Below are positions 31,665 to 42,394 of a DNA stretch of 64,000 nucleotides, piece by piece; position 1 is the stretch's first letter; the number at the start of each line of letters is the position of its first letter. Under the pieces are notes generated by a model. It saw only the letters and a list, made by a program, of their open reading frames with translations. It did not search any database and had not been told where the DNA came from. The stretch covers positions 186,001-250,000 of the IMG/VR virus record IMGVR_UViG_3300036770_008729; one strand, 5' to 3'. The position numbers were made by a program, and so were the translations under genes.

Positions 31665-33359
31665 ATGAAATGGATTAAAACTAGAAAACAATTTTTGATA
31701 GAAGCTATCGAGGATGAAATATTCCCTAGACAAGCTGAAGCGATTAAAAGGACTTGGGGTGAAAAATATTTAAAAATGACCAAGCCTCCTGTATCAAATG
31801 AACTTAAAAAATATGAAGGTAAATGGAAATTATCCGAAGAAGATAAATTAAAAATGCTAGGATCCTTCTTTCAATGTGATATGAAGGTCATTTTTGATAA
31901 TATTGCTAGTTTACCAGATAAGTTTTGTTATACGATTGCTCAATCAATTAGTATTCCACAAACTCCAGAGCCTGAAAAGTATGAAGTAGTTCTAAAAGAC
32001 TTCAATATGAAAGAACCTTCTATTGACCAAATTGTAGCAATTTTTGATAACATTTTCCGAAAATTAAATGTTAATGAAACAATTAGTGATTCTATGATTC
32101 AAAAAGATGAATCCGGAAGACCAATTAGAGATTCAGAAGGACAGATGGTAAAGGTTGCAAAAGAAAAAGGATCTCCTATTTTTACTAATAGTTGCACTAA
32201 CATTACTTCTTTCTGTGATGATTACAACAGATGTTATCCAGATGAAAAAGTAGATACAAATATTTTCACTGAAAATAATATAAAAAGTTTAAGAAACTTA
32301 GCAAAAGAAGATTGTAACGGTAAATTAAAAGTAGATTTTGAAATTTTTAACAAAGATCTTTACTTATCATTTTCTCACAATGAGAAGGACATATTAAATA
32401 TGTCTATATCAAAGTTCTACAATTCTTGTCAAAATCTTTATGATGGAGGATACAGAGAACAATTATTAGGTAATATATTTGATCCTAACTCAGCTCCAGC
32501 ATTTATGACATTTGATACTCCTATTTTCTGGGGAGATGAAAAGGTATCAGATCAATTACCTCTTTCAAGAACAGTAATAAGAAATATTGAGAATTTTGAT
32601 GGGTCTAGTCGAGGTATTTTCTTTGATAGAACTTATCCTGATAGATGTGAAAAAGTATTCAAAGAGTTATTAGTTAAGTATAGCAAAATGCAACAAACAA
32701 TAACAGATAGAGATTCTGTTACTTACTTATTTACACCAGACATCGATCCATCAGACACAGGAGTTAAAACTCCTTATATGGATAGATTAGGTGTTGATAG
32801 AAAACCAATGATTGGAGTAAATTGTAAAGCACTTTACTTATCAAGAGTAGGTGATTGGTCTGGTATAAAGATTTCACCAAATGCAAAGATTAAAGAATTA
32901 GTGGTTGAAACAACCGAAATTCCTCAGAACTTATTTGACCTTAAATTAAACTTAGATTGGATTAAATTTAAGTATTTACATTTGAAAGATTTAAAACCAT
33001 TTGGTGGTTTATTCACTGATTCAGTTGCTTTTGATAAATGTAAATTAAAGAATGAAGTTCTTCAAGAAAGAAAAGAAACTAAGAAGTTACAATTAATCAG
33101 TTGTGACATCGATGCGATTGATTTGTCTGGTTTCTCTAAATTAGAAGAGTTACACTTATTGTTAACTTTAAAAGATATAGATGAACTTAAAAGAACACTT
33201 ACAGGAACTAAACTAAAAAAGTTAGTTATCTCTGATGAAATATTAGGATTCTCTAAAAAAGATAGAAAAATGAGAATGTCTGAAGAAGCTTCTCAATTCA
33301 TCGAAGGATTAAAAAGAACTGGTGTGTCAGTAGAAATAAAAGGAATTTATAATAAATAA
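31665..33359 (+). CDS. Hypothetical protein with CTS-like N-terminus and LRR-like C-terminus
   Basis: MKWIKTRKQFLIE; LxxLxL repeats. Confidence 0.75.
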   Translation: MKWIKTRKQFLIEAIEDEIFPRQAEAIKRTWGEKYLKMTKPPVSNELKKYEGKWKLSEEDKLKMLGSFFQCDMKVIFDNIASLPDKFCYTIAQSISIPQTPEPEKYEVVLKDFNMKEPSIDQIVAIFDNIFRKLNVNETISDSMIQKDESGRPIRDSEGQMVKVAKEKGSPIFTNSCTNITSFCDDYNRCYPDEKVDTNIFTENNIKSLRNLAKEDCNGKLKVDFEIFNKDLYLSFSHNEKDILNMSISKFYNSCQNLYDGGYREQLLGNIFDPNSAPAFMTFDTPIFWGDEKVSDQLPLSRTVIRNIENFDGSSRGIFFDRTYPDRCEKVFKELLVKYSKMQQTITDRDSVTYLFTPDIDPSDTGVKTPYMDRLGVDRKPMIGVNCKALYLSRVGDWSGIKISPNAKIKELVVETTEIPQNLFDLKLNLDWIKFKYLHLKDLKPFGGLFTDSVAFDKCKLKNEVLQERKETKKLQLISCDIDAIDLSGFSKLEELHLLLTLKDIDELKRTLTGTKLKKLVISDEILGFSKKDRKMRMSEEASQFIEGLKRTGVSVEIKGIYNK

Positions 33360-33360
33360 T

Positions 33361-34995
33361 ATGAAATATCTAAAACTATTTGAAGCTTTCGAATCGACTA
33401 TATTAAGTAAAACTTTATCTTTCATCAAAGATGAAGAGTCTAAGAAACAATTCATGTTTGCACTAGACAAGATTTGTTCTACAATTGATTATCCTAAATC
33501 TGAGTTAAAAGATGAATACTTTCAATACTTATCATTTTACCCAGCACTTAAACTAAGTGCTAAAACAGGTGATGAACCTTGTGAAGCTTTATCACGTGAT
33601 TCTTATCCAGACTATGCAGTTGATGGGGCAAAGTGTAAAGGAGGTAAAGTATTAAGAAAGTGGGGAGCAAGAACAAGAGAAGTTGAATGTAGTATATGTA
33701 AAGGAACTGGTGTTAAACCAAAGAAACCTGAAATTAAGTTAGTTAAGTTTTGGTTTTCAACAGAAGGTAAATATATTGCTGTTACAGCAGTTGATGGCTT
33801 AATAAGAAACACAACGACTTCATCAACCGCGAGAGGGTATTCTAAAGACTATCAAGATTATATAGTAGTTAACACCACTGAAGATTCTAGAGAACTACAA
33901 ACTGGAATGATAGTTAGAGTTACTATTAATGGAAGACCTACTATTTGTTATATTGTTAAAGATAGAAATACTTATCCATATGCAATACAAGATGAACACA
34001 GTGGATCCACACCAGATAACATACCTTCTAGAAACTGGAGGAATTTTGGACATAGTTCTTGGCACTTATCAAGAGGTGAATACAGAGGAACAATTGAAAT
34101 ACTTGAACCAAAAAGTAAAGAAGAGGTTATTGTAGAACCAAATCCTTATACTTGGAATGCAACGCTTAGCTTATCTGGTTATTCAGGTATGAAAGTAGAT
34201 ATTTATTCTGATGTTCAAGAAAAAATTAAGGATGCAAACTTTGCTATTGTTTTAGATTTCGGTAAGATGAAACAATCAGAATTCAAAACTACTTATTCAA
34301 CGAGAAGTGAAAGAGAAGAATCTAGAACTGGTGCATTAGCATTAGAGAAACCTGAAGATATAAAAGCAACTAACATTGAAAGATATATTAAAAGTTTATC
34401 TGATAAAGTTGCAAGTGGAGATGAATTAACAAAAGTAACAAGAGTTATTCCAAGATTAATGGGTGGAAGAAATATTTTGCTTTATATTGGTATGAATAGA
34501 AATCTTTCAACTATTGATAGTTTAGCTACACGACTTTATAGATTTATTACAGAAGATGAGGACAATAAAGAATACAATGCAAGAGAAATAGTAGCAACAA
34601 TAAAAAACTCATACAAACAAAATCTACAATTTACTACTGATTTAAATGAAGTTTTAGATGAAGTAAGAAAACAATTACAAAAACCAGGAAAAGAAGCTTA
34701 TTTATCAACATTTGACAAAATGTTAGAGATATCACAAAAGATAAATGATAAAGTATTTTCAACAGAAGTTAAATCTATTGAAGATATTGAATACATCTAT
34801 CAAAAATTGAGGACAATTCAAAATATGTTACAATCCAGTCGTAATCCAGCAAATAGATTGAGATACTTTATGGAAAGATTAAGTTATCTAACTACTGATA
34901 GATGTGTATCTAGAATTTTAGAAATTGACCAAGATGAAATACCAAGTATAATTGAAGGTCTAGAATCAATTGGAAGATTTGTTGAGAGAGTTTAA
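33361..34995 (+). CDS. Hypothetical protein with CTS-like N-terminus and CxxCxGxG Zn motif
   Basis: MKYLKLFEAFES; CSICKGTG. Confidence 0.8.
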   Translation: MKYLKLFEAFESTILSKTLSFIKDEESKKQFMFALDKICSTIDYPKSELKDEYFQYLSFYPALKLSAKTGDEPCEALSRDSYPDYAVDGAKCKGGKVLRKWGARTREVECSICKGTGVKPKKPEIKLVKFWFSTEGKYIAVTAVDGLIRNTTTSSTARGYSKDYQDYIVVNTTEDSRELQTGMIVRVTINGRPTICYIVKDRNTYPYAIQDEHSGSTPDNIPSRNWRNFGHSSWHLSRGEYRGTIEILEPKSKEEVIVEPNPYTWNATLSLSGYSGMKVDIYSDVQEKIKDANFAIVLDFGKMKQSEFKTTYSTRSEREESRTGALALEKPEDIKATNIERYIKSLSDKVASGDELTKVTRVIPRLMGGRNILLYIGMNRNLSTIDSLATRLYRFITEDEDNKEYNAREIVATIKNSYKQNLQFTTDLNEVLDEVRKQLQKPGKEAYLSTFDKMLEISQKINDKVFSTEVKSIEDIEYIYQKLRTIQNMLQSSRNPANRLRYFMERLSYLTTDRCVSRILEIDQDEIPSIIEGLESIGRFVERV

Positions 34996-34996
34996 A

Positions 34997-35590
34997 TTAT
35001 TTTTTAATACCCCAAAAATATAAATCACAATGGTTATACTCAATTTCAAACTCGTATGAGGAAAAAATATCATCTACTTTTATACATTCTCGTATATCAT
35101 TTTCAGTAACATTTTTGTAATATTCAGAATCCCAATTTTCACGAAATACATTAGGCATAGTTACCCAACTAGTCGTTGTATTACCTTGAGATGTAATTTG
35201 TTTTTCCCTATCTATAGCGTCTTGTGTTTTTGTACCATGTACTGGTCTACCTGTTGTAGCACAAGTAAAAATAAAATAACCACCAGATTTTAACATTCTT
35301 ACGGCATTTTGAATACTTTCCTTATAAAACGGATTATGTTCCCAACATTCACAAGATATTATAGTATCAAAAGTTTCGTTTGGTGCATCATATTCATTTG
35401 CCGGACATACAACATCAACACCTTTACCTGGACCTATATCCAATCCGATAAAATCACAGTTATCAAACCACGGCTTTTCATTACCATTAACGTCAAAAGA
35501 ACCTATGTCTAAAACTTTTCTATTTTTAAAAGCATCTGGAAATTTATTTTTTAGTTTATTCAAATATTCTTTTTGTTCTTTATGTGCCAT
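34997..35590 (-). CDS. Class I SAM-dependent methyltransferase
   Basis: VLDIGS, GLDI..GKGVDVV, FDTIISCECWEH. Confidence 0.85.
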   Translation of the reverse strand: MAHKEQKEYLNKLKNKFPDAFKNRKVLDIGSFDVNGNEKPWFDNCDFIGLDIGPGKGVDVVCPANEYDAPNETFDTIISCECWEHNPFYKESIQNAVRMLKSGGYFIFTCATTGRPVHGTKTQDAIDREKQITSQGNTTTSWVTMPNVFRENWDSEYYKNVTENDIRECIKVDDIFSSYEFEIEYNHCDLYFWGIKK

Positions 35591-35684
35591 ATTAAAAATC
35601 TATTTTTTATTTTTTAAGTTACAAAATCAGATTTTAAATAACTTTAAAAGTGCTTAATAAAAGGACAAATTATATTCAAATTTT

Positions 35685-36068
35685 TTAATTTAGTTTATTG
35701 CACTTTAATTTCATTAAGTCAATTTTTTTGAAATAGGTCACAACCATAGAAAGATTTTCACTTAACTCATATTGAGTCATATCCTTTTTTGTAGTAAAGA
35801 TAAACTGATTTAAAGTCTGATTGAAACTTACATCCGACTTAAATAAATCTCTTATGTTAGCCGTAACATCTTCTTTTATGTAAGAACCATTTTGAATAAA
35901 CTCAACTCTATATTGAAAAAAACTTCCAATAGAATCAACCAAAGCGGTTTCTTCTGTTTGTAAATATTCAACATCTAAAACTTCTTCTGTTTGAACAGAG
36001 TCTTTATTTTGAGAAAATAGTTGAGAAAATCCAACTGCTAATAAAATTGTAAATAAATATTTTTTCAT
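35685..36068 (-). CDS. Secreted hypothetical protein
   Basis: MKKYLFTILL..FSQ signal peptide. Confidence 0.65.
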   Translation of the reverse strand: MKKYLFTILLAVGFSQLFSQNKDSVQTEEVLDVEYLQTEETALVDSIGSFFQYRVEFIQNGSYIKEDVTANIRDLFKSDVSFNQTLNQFIFTTKKDMTQYELSENLSMVVTYFKKIDLMKLKCNKLN

Positions 36069-36072
36069 AACA

Positions 36073-36080
36073 CAAATATA
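36073..36080 (-). promoter_or_regulatory. Bacteroidota -7 promoter element TATATTTG
   Basis: TAnnTTTG consensus, 4 nt before ATG. Confidence 0.55.
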
Positions 36081-36127
36081 ATAAAAATATTTAATATATA
36101 AAAAAACTTTACAAATAAAGGCTTTCC

Positions 36128-36436
36128 GTGAGAAATATTTTTCTTTTGATATTCATCTTTTTCTCATCTGTTTTTTTCTCTCAGAGCATAGGTGGTAAAT
36201 TAAAAGAAGTTCAAAACCAACATAAATTAAAGAAGACTATCCTAAAAGCAGGTTGGAGGACCAGAGTCAATCAACCAAACTACTTTAGAAGAACTGAACC
36301 AGATAGAACTCTTTTCTTTAGATTTAGAAGTGCTAATGGTAAAAGATATGATAAGTTGCAAAAGAAGATTAATAAAAGGAGAACAAAAATGAGATTAAGA
36401 GGAAGAAATCAATTTCATAAAAGAAAATATACCTAA
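36128..36436 (+). CDS. Basic secreted hypothetical protein
   Basis: Signal-peptide-like start, K/R-rich. Confidence 0.55.
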   Translation: MRNIFLLIFIFFSSVFFSQSIGGKLKEVQNQHKLKKTILKAGWRTRVNQPNYFRRTEPDRTLFFRFRSANGKRYDKLQKKINKRRTKMRLRGRNQFHKRKYT

Positions 36437-36473
36437 GATTTTTAATATATACAAAAAAAGAAATTACTACGAT

Positions 36474-36698
36474 ATGAGTAAAATAATGAAATTCGATGCT
36501 TACTTTGAATGTGAAGAGTGGAAACTTAAACAGATGAAAAGAAGCACAAAACCTAACTCTTCTGATGAACAACAACACATCGGTAATAGAAAGTGGAAAT
36601 ATAACATTATTACTAAAAAGTATGATGATTTAAGTCCTGCTGAAGTAGATGATAAGATTCAAGCTATCGAAGATTGGGAAGAAGAAAATAAGAAATAA
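36474..36698 (+). CDS. Small hypothetical protein with CTS-like N-terminus
   Basis: MSKIMKFDAYFE; late motif upstream; terminator downstream. Confidence 0.65.
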   Translation: MSKIMKFDAYFECEEWKLKQMKRSTKPNSSDEQQHIGNRKWKYNIITKKYDDLSPAEVDDKIQAIEDWEEENKK

Positions 36699-36727
36699 AA
36701 AAACCTCAGAGAAATCTGAGGTTTTTT
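36698..36727. terminator. Intrinsic terminator
   Basis: aaaaaacctcaga-gaaa-tctgaggtttttt. Confidence 0.85.
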
Positions 36728-36765
36728 CGTTAAAACTTATACCAGTTATCTAAATATAACACTTT

Positions 36766-38391
36766 ATGAAAAAACTGCTTTATATCACACCACATCTTTC
36801 AACTGGTGGGCTTCCACAGTATCTACTTAAGAAAATAGAAACATTCAATAATCAATTCGAAATCTGGTGCATTGAATGGTCTAACATAAGTGACCACTTT
36901 ATAGTACAAAAAAATAAAATTAAGCACATCTTAGGTAATAAATTAATAACATTAGGTAAAGATAAATTTGAATCATTAAACATTATTGGTCAAATTAATC
37001 CAGATATAATTCATATTGAAGAAATACCAGAAACATTTATTGATTCAAAAATCTTAGACATCATTTACAGAGATGATAGAAATTACAGCATTGTTGTAAC
37101 AACTCATTCATCTAATACTAAACCAGGAAGTATTAAATATACGGCTGATAAATTTATATTAGTATCAGAGTGGAGTAAAGGTGTATTTGATAATATATTC
37201 AAAGGAAGTATTCCATGTGAGGTATGGGAATATCCTGTTATAAAGGTTGACTATGATAAGGATAAGGTTAAAGAAGAATTAGGATTTGATAAAGAATATA
37301 AACATATTTTAAATGTTGGTTTATTTACTCCTGGTAAAAATCAAAAACATATAATAGAACTGGCTAGACTTTGTGTAAATGAAAAGATTAAATTTCACTT
37401 TGTGGGAAATCAAGCTGATAATTTCAAAGATTATTGGGAACCTCTAATAGATAATCTACCAGAGAACTGTATATTACACGGTGAAAGAGATGATGTTGAT
37501 AAGTTCTATATGGCTAGTGATTTATTTTATTTTCCATCATTATGGGAACTTAATCCAATATCTATAAAAGAAGCTCTTAGTTTTGGTCTTCCGATTTTCA
37601 CCAAAGACTTAGAAACATATCCTAAATACAAAGAGTCTAAATACATAACAGATAATGTATCAGTAAATAAAAATATGATATTAGAGCATTTTGGAATCAC
37701 TATTGAAAATGATTCAATTTGTTTAGTTATGGCACATGCTGATACAAATTATAGAAAGAAGTTATTAAATGAATGTTTAAGTTCTATTAATCTACCGGTT
37801 GTTTTATCTACAAACTATCCAGTAAGTGAAGAAAATCAATTATTATGTGATTATTATATTTATAACAAAAATAACCCCCTATTATATAAAGAAGAATATA
37901 GTAAATATAATGTATTTTATAACTATTGGTATTTAGATAATAATGGAAATAAGATAACAAAACCATTTGAATTTGAGCATGGTTATGCCGCTTACTCTCT
38001 AATAAGAGATGGTTTAGAGTTTATAGAAAAACTCGGTTATAAAAAAGTTCACATCATAAACTATGATTATCAAATATCAAATAAAACACTTAATGATAAT
38101 TCTAAATCTTTAGATAATTGTGATATTATTGTTTACCAACAACTTGAAGAAAACTATGAAGCTGGATTTATATCATCTAAAATAGACCACATATTACCAT
38201 TTTTTACCAAATTCAAAAGCAGAGAATCTTATTATAAATCAGGTGAACCATTTAATATTTTAGAAATAAAGTTAAAAAAATATATAGATGCTCAAAATTC
38301 AAATATATCTAAAAGACCGTTTGATTCACTAAAAGAATATAATAAAGTAAATCAAGAAGGACTCCTTCAATTTTCAAAATCAAAAGAATAA
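36766..38391 (+). CDS. GT4 (GT-B) glycosyltransferase with extra C-terminal domain
   Basis: PHLSTGGLPQY, ILNVG, HFVGNQA, DLFYFPS.WELNPISIKEA. Confidence 0.85.
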   Translation: MKKLLYITPHLSTGGLPQYLLKKIETFNNQFEIWCIEWSNISDHFIVQKNKIKHILGNKLITLGKDKFESLNIIGQINPDIIHIEEIPETFIDSKILDIIYRDDRNYSIVVTTHSSNTKPGSIKYTADKFILVSEWSKGVFDNIFKGSIPCEVWEYPVIKVDYDKDKVKEELGFDKEYKHILNVGLFTPGKNQKHIIELARLCVNEKIKFHFVGNQADNFKDYWEPLIDNLPENCILHGERDDVDKFYMASDLFYFPSLWELNPISIKEALSFGLPIFTKDLETYPKYKESKYITDNVSVNKNMILEHFGITIENDSICLVMAHADTNYRKKLLNECLSSINLPVVLSTNYPVSEENQLLCDYYIYNKNNPLLYKEEYSKYNVFYNYWYLDNNGNKITKPFEFEHGYAAYSLIRDGLEFIEKLGYKKVHIINYDYQISNKTLNDNSKSLDNCDIIVYQQLEENYEAGFISSKIDHILPFFTKFKSRESYYKSGEPFNILEIKLKKYIDAQNSNISKRPFDSLKEYNKVNQEGLLQFSKSKE

Positions 38392-38434
38392 TTTATCATA
38401 ATAACGAAGATTGATTATGAAAAAAGATATTCAG

Positions 38435-38671
38435 TCATTCCTCAATAGACTTTCTTAGTTCTGTTATCTTTTCAACAATTATCCTACGTTCTTGAAATTT
38501 TCTTTTACGATATTGAAGTAAATTATCTTCAAGCTCTTTTTTGTTTCCTTTACTTTCGTTACGCATGGCTAAGTTGAAATAATGAGCAGCTAAGTCATCA
38601 CTAATATCAGAAAACTCTAATTTTAGAAAAAATATCTTTATTTTTATATTCAATGTTTTTATCCATTTCAT
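38435..38671 (-). CDS. Hypothetical protein
   Basis: ORF track. Confidence 0.55.
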   Translation of the reverse strand: MKWIKTLNIKIKIFFLKLEFSDISDDLAAHYFNLAMRNESKGNKKELEDNLLQYRKRKFQERRIIVEKITELRKSIEE

Positions 38672-38877
38672 TTGCTTATCAATAGTTCCTCGAGCTTTTT
38701 TATTAAATCTTTATCTTTTAATTCTCTCCACTCGGTTCCATATTTTTCCCATCTATCTTTAATCTTTTTGTAAGCGCAAAAATGACCAGAACCATCTTCA
38801 ACATATAGTATTTTGTATGACACTTCTTCAATCCTTAGTAGTTTCATGATTCTTTTTTTCTTTTTTAATACCATCAA
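38668..38877 (-). CDS. Hypothetical protein
   Basis: ORF track. Confidence 0.5.
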   Translation of the reverse strand: MMVLKKKKRIMKLLRIEEVSYKILYVEDGSGHFCAYKKIKDRWEKYGTEWRELKDKDLIKKLEELLISK

Positions 38878-39166
38878 AAATACCAGATATAGTCATACTT
38901 AAACCCAAACTAATTGGTATTGTAAATTCTGGATAATGATAAAACGGTCTAACATTACCTCTAAGTAAATAAGGATGAAGTGAAAACCCAGCCCCAACTA
39001 AACACATGCCAGTAACTATTTTAAATTCTGATTTTTCCACATAAACGGATTGTGGAATTTGTTGACTGAAACTCATCTGTAGTCTTAAAAAGAAAAGTAA
39101 AAAAAGAAACCATTTCATATGATATATATTATAATGAAAAGTTCTATAAAAACAAAAAAAGAACAT
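38828..39166 (-). CDS. Membrane protein (start probably MKWFL)
   Basis: Signal plus TM segments. Confidence 0.5.
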   Translation of the reverse strand: MFFFCFYRTFHYNIYHMKWFLFLLFFLRLQMSFSQQIPQSVYVEKSEFKIVTGMCLVGAGFSLHPYLLRGNVRPFYHYPEFTIPISLGLSMTISGIFDGIKKEKKNHETTKD

Positions 39167-39304
39167 ATAGATATAAAGTTCTTAAGAATGAGATTAGAAC
39201 AATTAATTCATATTGAAGAATATGAAACTTGTGCAAGAATCCATAAATGGATTGAAGAATTAAAAAAACACCATGATACAATTAAAAACAATCAGAGAAA
39301 TTGA
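39119..39304 (+). CDS. Small protein with UvrB/UvrC-like motif
   Basis: LEQLIHIEEYETCARIHKWI. Confidence 0.55.
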   Translation: MIYIIMKSSIKTKKEHIDIKFLRMRLEQLIHIEEYETCARIHKWIEELKKHHDTIKNNQRN

Positions 39305-39536
39305 TGATAAAACCAACGAAGGTAAATTACTGATAGCTGCTCTCGCCATACTTACATCTCTGCAACAAGAAGACATTAAAAATAATATTTGGGGAGGATC
39401 GGTCAATCCAGACCAAGGTTTATCTCAATTGAAAGATTTAGCAAACAAAATCTATTTTGAAAAAGAATGGAAAGCAGAAGAAAAATCCAAAGAAAGGAAT
39501 AGAAAAATAGAACAAGTAATAAATGATAGACTTTAA
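39273..39536 (+). CDS. Hypothetical protein with tag (ERNRKIEQVI)
   Basis: ORF track. Confidence 0.7.
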   Translation: MIQLKTIREIDDKTNEGKLLIAALAILTSLQQEDIKNNIWGGSVNPDQGLSQLKDLANKIYFEKEWKAEEKSKERNRKIEQVINDRL

Positions 39537-39735
39537 TGAACTCAAATTCAAAGATTATAAAACCGTTACATTTAGAGGAATTGATATAGATGTATCTGCT
39601 GAATTATTACAAGATATAAATGCGGGAACTCAACCACTATCATTACTTGAAAGAATAATAACTCAAGAATACAATAGGTTACTGCCAGTTATAAGAAATA
39701 AAAAAATTGACTCTATATTAGATGCGACTAATTGA
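39523..39735 (+). CDS. Hypothetical protein with tag (IRNKKIDSIL)
   Basis: ORF track. Confidence 0.7.
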   Translation: MIDFNELKFKDYKTVTFRGIDIDVSAELLQDINAGTQPLSLLERIITQEYNRLLPVIRNKKIDSILDATN

Positions 39736-40054
39736 TAAGATAGAATCCACGGAATTTCAATTCTTACTTTTTGTATTTGAGCACTATAAAAAATCAAAGA
39801 AAAAATACATTAAGATAACATCGGATAGAGATTTCAAATTATCATCTCTTCTTCAAAAATCGGATGACTATAATCTAATTGTTACTAAATACAATAATCT
39901 AATAAATCTAATCAACTCATTAAAAATAGACAATTTGGATATACCAACACTTAACATTGTTGGAAATACAATTGATGAGTTTGATAAGTTAATCTATGAG
40001 ATATGTTACAAACACAAGATTCTAATTGAAGATCCTGATGATTTGCCTTTTTAG
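39722..40054 (+). CDS. Hypothetical protein ending DDLPF
   Basis: ORF track; SSB-like acidic tail. Confidence 0.6.
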   Translation: MRLIDKIESTEFQFLLFVFEHYKKSKKKYIKITSDRDFKLSSLLQKSDDYNLIVTKYNNLINLINSLKIDNLDIPTLNIVGNTIDEFDKLIYEICYKHKILIEDPDDLPF

Positions 40055-40077
40055 TATAGCAAAAAATTGGTTTAAGT

Positions 40078-40335
40078 GTGGAAAATTATCAAGATAAATT
40101 GACATCAAAGAAATGGAATATAAATGCTGAAATGGGTTTCATTGAGGTGGGTATAAACTTTTTTATCGGTCTTAAAATACTCAGTATAACTACACATGAC
40201 ATTCAAATTGATTTCATTTTATTACATTTAGAAACAGAAGAAGGAAAGTTTATTATAGATAGTAAAGATTGGCAAGAAATACAATCAATTCTTAGAACAA
40301 TAAAAATTGAAGAACTATTGAATAAAAAATCATAA
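40078..40335 (+). CDS. Hypothetical protein with tag (LRTIKIEELL)
   Basis: ORF track. Confidence 0.65.
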   Translation: MENYQDKLTSKKWNINAEMGFIEVGINFFIGLKILSITTHDIQIDFILLHLETEEGKFIIDSKDWQEIQSILRTIKIEELLNKKS

Positions 40336-40683
40336 TACCCAGTCTCTCTTAGATTCATCCCATTGCCATCTATCACCACCTGGATGAGGAACCGGTGGTT
40401 CCCAAAGACAAGTGAATTCATTTAATAACCAAGAATCATAAATCTTAGGCGGTATAAATGCATCACGAACCTCATCATAAGTGTAACCAACACCAGCAAA
40501 GTTTTTTCTAAATGGAATACCATTAAGAATATGAACTCCCCCTCTTGTATTATACGAGGTCTTTTTCCAAAAACCTCCTAAAATTTCCGAATATATTTGT
40601 TCACCAGTATTCTCATATTCATCACCAGCAACAATCACTTGTAAAACCAAACCACTATTATCTATCTGTGCAAAATGTGCCAT
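40330..40683 (-). CDS. Conserved phage protein usually paired with Gly-rich fibre proteins
   Basis: MAHFA...WKKTSYNT...RKNFAGVGYTYD..RDAFIPPK..SW.LNE.TC.WE.P. Confidence 0.75.
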   Translation of the reverse strand: MAHFAQIDNSGLVLQVIVAGDEYENTGEQIYSEILGGFWKKTSYNTRGGVHILNGIPFRKNFAGVGYTYDEVRDAFIPPKIYDSWLLNEFTCLWEPPVPHPGGDRWQWDESKRDWVL

Positions 40684-40698
40684 ATACTATTTTAATAT

Positions 40699-41547
40699 TT
40701 ATAATCTTATTGTTCCTGCTCCTGCTTTAAATCTATAAACCCTAAATCCACTTCTTGTTGGTGTATCATATGTTAAACCAACTCCTATTGTTAAAGCAGG
40801 ATAAATATCAGGATAAGCAACAATTACAACACCAGAACCACCATTACCAGACAAACTACCAGCATGTAAATTACCACCACCAGCACCTCCTCCAGTATTA
40901 GTCTGACCATTTTTTGTAGGATCTACAAACGTATCATTTCCAGAACCACCTGTTCCACCACCACCTGTTCCACCTGGACCAGCTCCACCACCACCTCCAC
41001 CACCAGAGTAGTAAAGAGTTTGACCGGTGATAGAAGACTGAGTTCCAATACCTCCAACACCACCAACATAGATTATTGTATTATTACCACCAGGTCCACC
41101 AGCACCACCACCGCCACCGCCAGCATTTATAACAGCACTTCCCCCACCAAAACCTTGACCAGGAATTCCACTAGCAGCCGAATATGCTGGTGGACACCAA
41201 TGAGCACCACCACCACCAGAACCACCAGAATTAGCGTTGTAAAGTAAACCAGAACAAGGTGCTCCAGCTCCATAACCTCCACCAGTCGCAGTCAATCCAA
41301 AACACCCAGAATTACTACCATTAGAAGGAAAAGAACTTCTACTAACACCACCAGACCCACCAGCACCAATACTAACAATGTAGTTTATATCTTTAGTCAT
41401 TTGAAAACTACCAGTTCTCAATCCACCAGCACCTCCGCCACCACCAGAACCAGCACCACCACCAGCACCTCCAGCAACAACTAAGTATTCAACTAAAAAC
41501 TGTACTAGTGTTGGATTTCTCAATATACCAATAGTAGATCTAATCAT
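40699..41547 (-). CDS. Glycine-rich domain protein (putative virion fibre)
   Basis: EYLVVAGGAGGG...GGSGVVIVAYP architecture. Confidence 0.8.
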   Translation of the reverse strand: MIRSTIGILRNPTLVQFLVEYLVVAGGAGGGAGSGGGGGAGGLRTGSFQMTKDINYIVSIGAGGSGGVSRSSFPSNGSNSGCFGLTATGGGYGAGAPCSGLLYNANSGGSGGGGAHWCPPAYSAASGIPGQGFGGGSAVINAGGGGGGAGGPGGNNTIIYVGGVGGIGTQSSITGQTLYYSGGGGGGGAGPGGTGGGGTGGSGNDTFVDPTKNGQTNTGGGAGGGNLHAGSLSGNGGSGVVIVAYPDIYPALTIGVGLTYDTPTRSGFRVYRFKAGAGTIRL

Positions 41548-41642
41548 ATAATAAAATTGAAGAATTAATTAATTTATGTCTTTAGGTATATATTATTTTT
41601 CATTTTTTAAACTTCTCAGTATATTTATATTAAAAAACTATT

Positions 41643-41855
41643 ATGAAATCAATTAGAAGACAATTCAGTATTGAATATTTAGGACATAACTACCCTAAAC
41701 TTACCATTGAAATAACTCACTTAAAACTCAGGAAAAAATATCAATTAATAATTGATAACCCTACCATACTCGATAACATAGATAATATTATAAACGACTA
41801 TCTTTACCAAATACAAAAAGACATAAGAGAAGATTTGATAAATAACTTTATATGA
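41643..41855 (+). CDS. Hypothetical protein with tag (IREDLINNFI)
   Basis: ORF track. Confidence 0.6.
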   Translation: MKSIRRQFSIEYLGHNYPKLTIEITHLKLRKKYQLIIDNPTILDNIDNIINDYLYQIQKDIREDLINNFI

Positions 41856-42085
41856 AAATCTTCAACATTAATACACAAGAAGGACCAATCTCTGTTAGTG
41901 TTAAGTTCTTCCAAGATTTAACCGAATACGAAATTATGGATTTAGGTGATACCATTTTCATTAAAGACCTTAGAAAAAACCCAATTTCTAAAAGATTTAT
42001 GTTTAGTATGGCAACAACAGAATGGAAAGAAGTTCAAATGGAAATTAGAGATAATAAAATAGAAGACTTGTTAAATGGACATTAG
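41852..42085 (+). CDS. Hypothetical protein with tag (IRDNKIEDLL)
   Basis: ORF track. Confidence 0.7.
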   Translation: MKIFNINTQEGPISVSVKFFQDLTEYEIMDLGDTIFIKDLRKNPISKRFMFSMATTEWKEVQMEIRDNKIEDLLNGH

Positions 42086-42332
42086 AAAATATTCACTCTA
42101 CTATTTCGATAAATGTAAAAACAACTTACCACACGGTGCAGAACTTGTTTCTATCTCACTAAACGGAAGACCTTATAATAACCAAATACCTCAATTCGGA
42201 GATATCGTGACACTTTACTATAAATATGGAAAAACTAAACTAAATCAATCTAAAAGAGCTCACTTCGAATACATTTGGGGTCAACTACAACAGGAAGATA
42301 GAAACAGAAAAATAGACCAACTATTTGACTAA
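42075..42332 (+). CDS. Hypothetical protein with tag (DRNRKIDQLF)
   Basis: ORF track. Confidence 0.7.
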   Translation: MDIRKYSLYYFDKCKNNLPHGAELVSISLNGRPYNNQIPQFGDIVTLYYKYGKTKLNQSKRAHFEYIWGQLQQEDRNRKIDQLFD

Positions 42333-42394
42333 GTTAAATAAATCTTCTTTTGAAATCGGCTTAATCAAAAGACCAATCATGTTCGTCTTTTTCA

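Noticed and set aside
40699-41547. GC-rich ccacca repeats as a foreign island or DNA repeat array
   Set aside because: Explained by glycine codons of a Gly-rich protein
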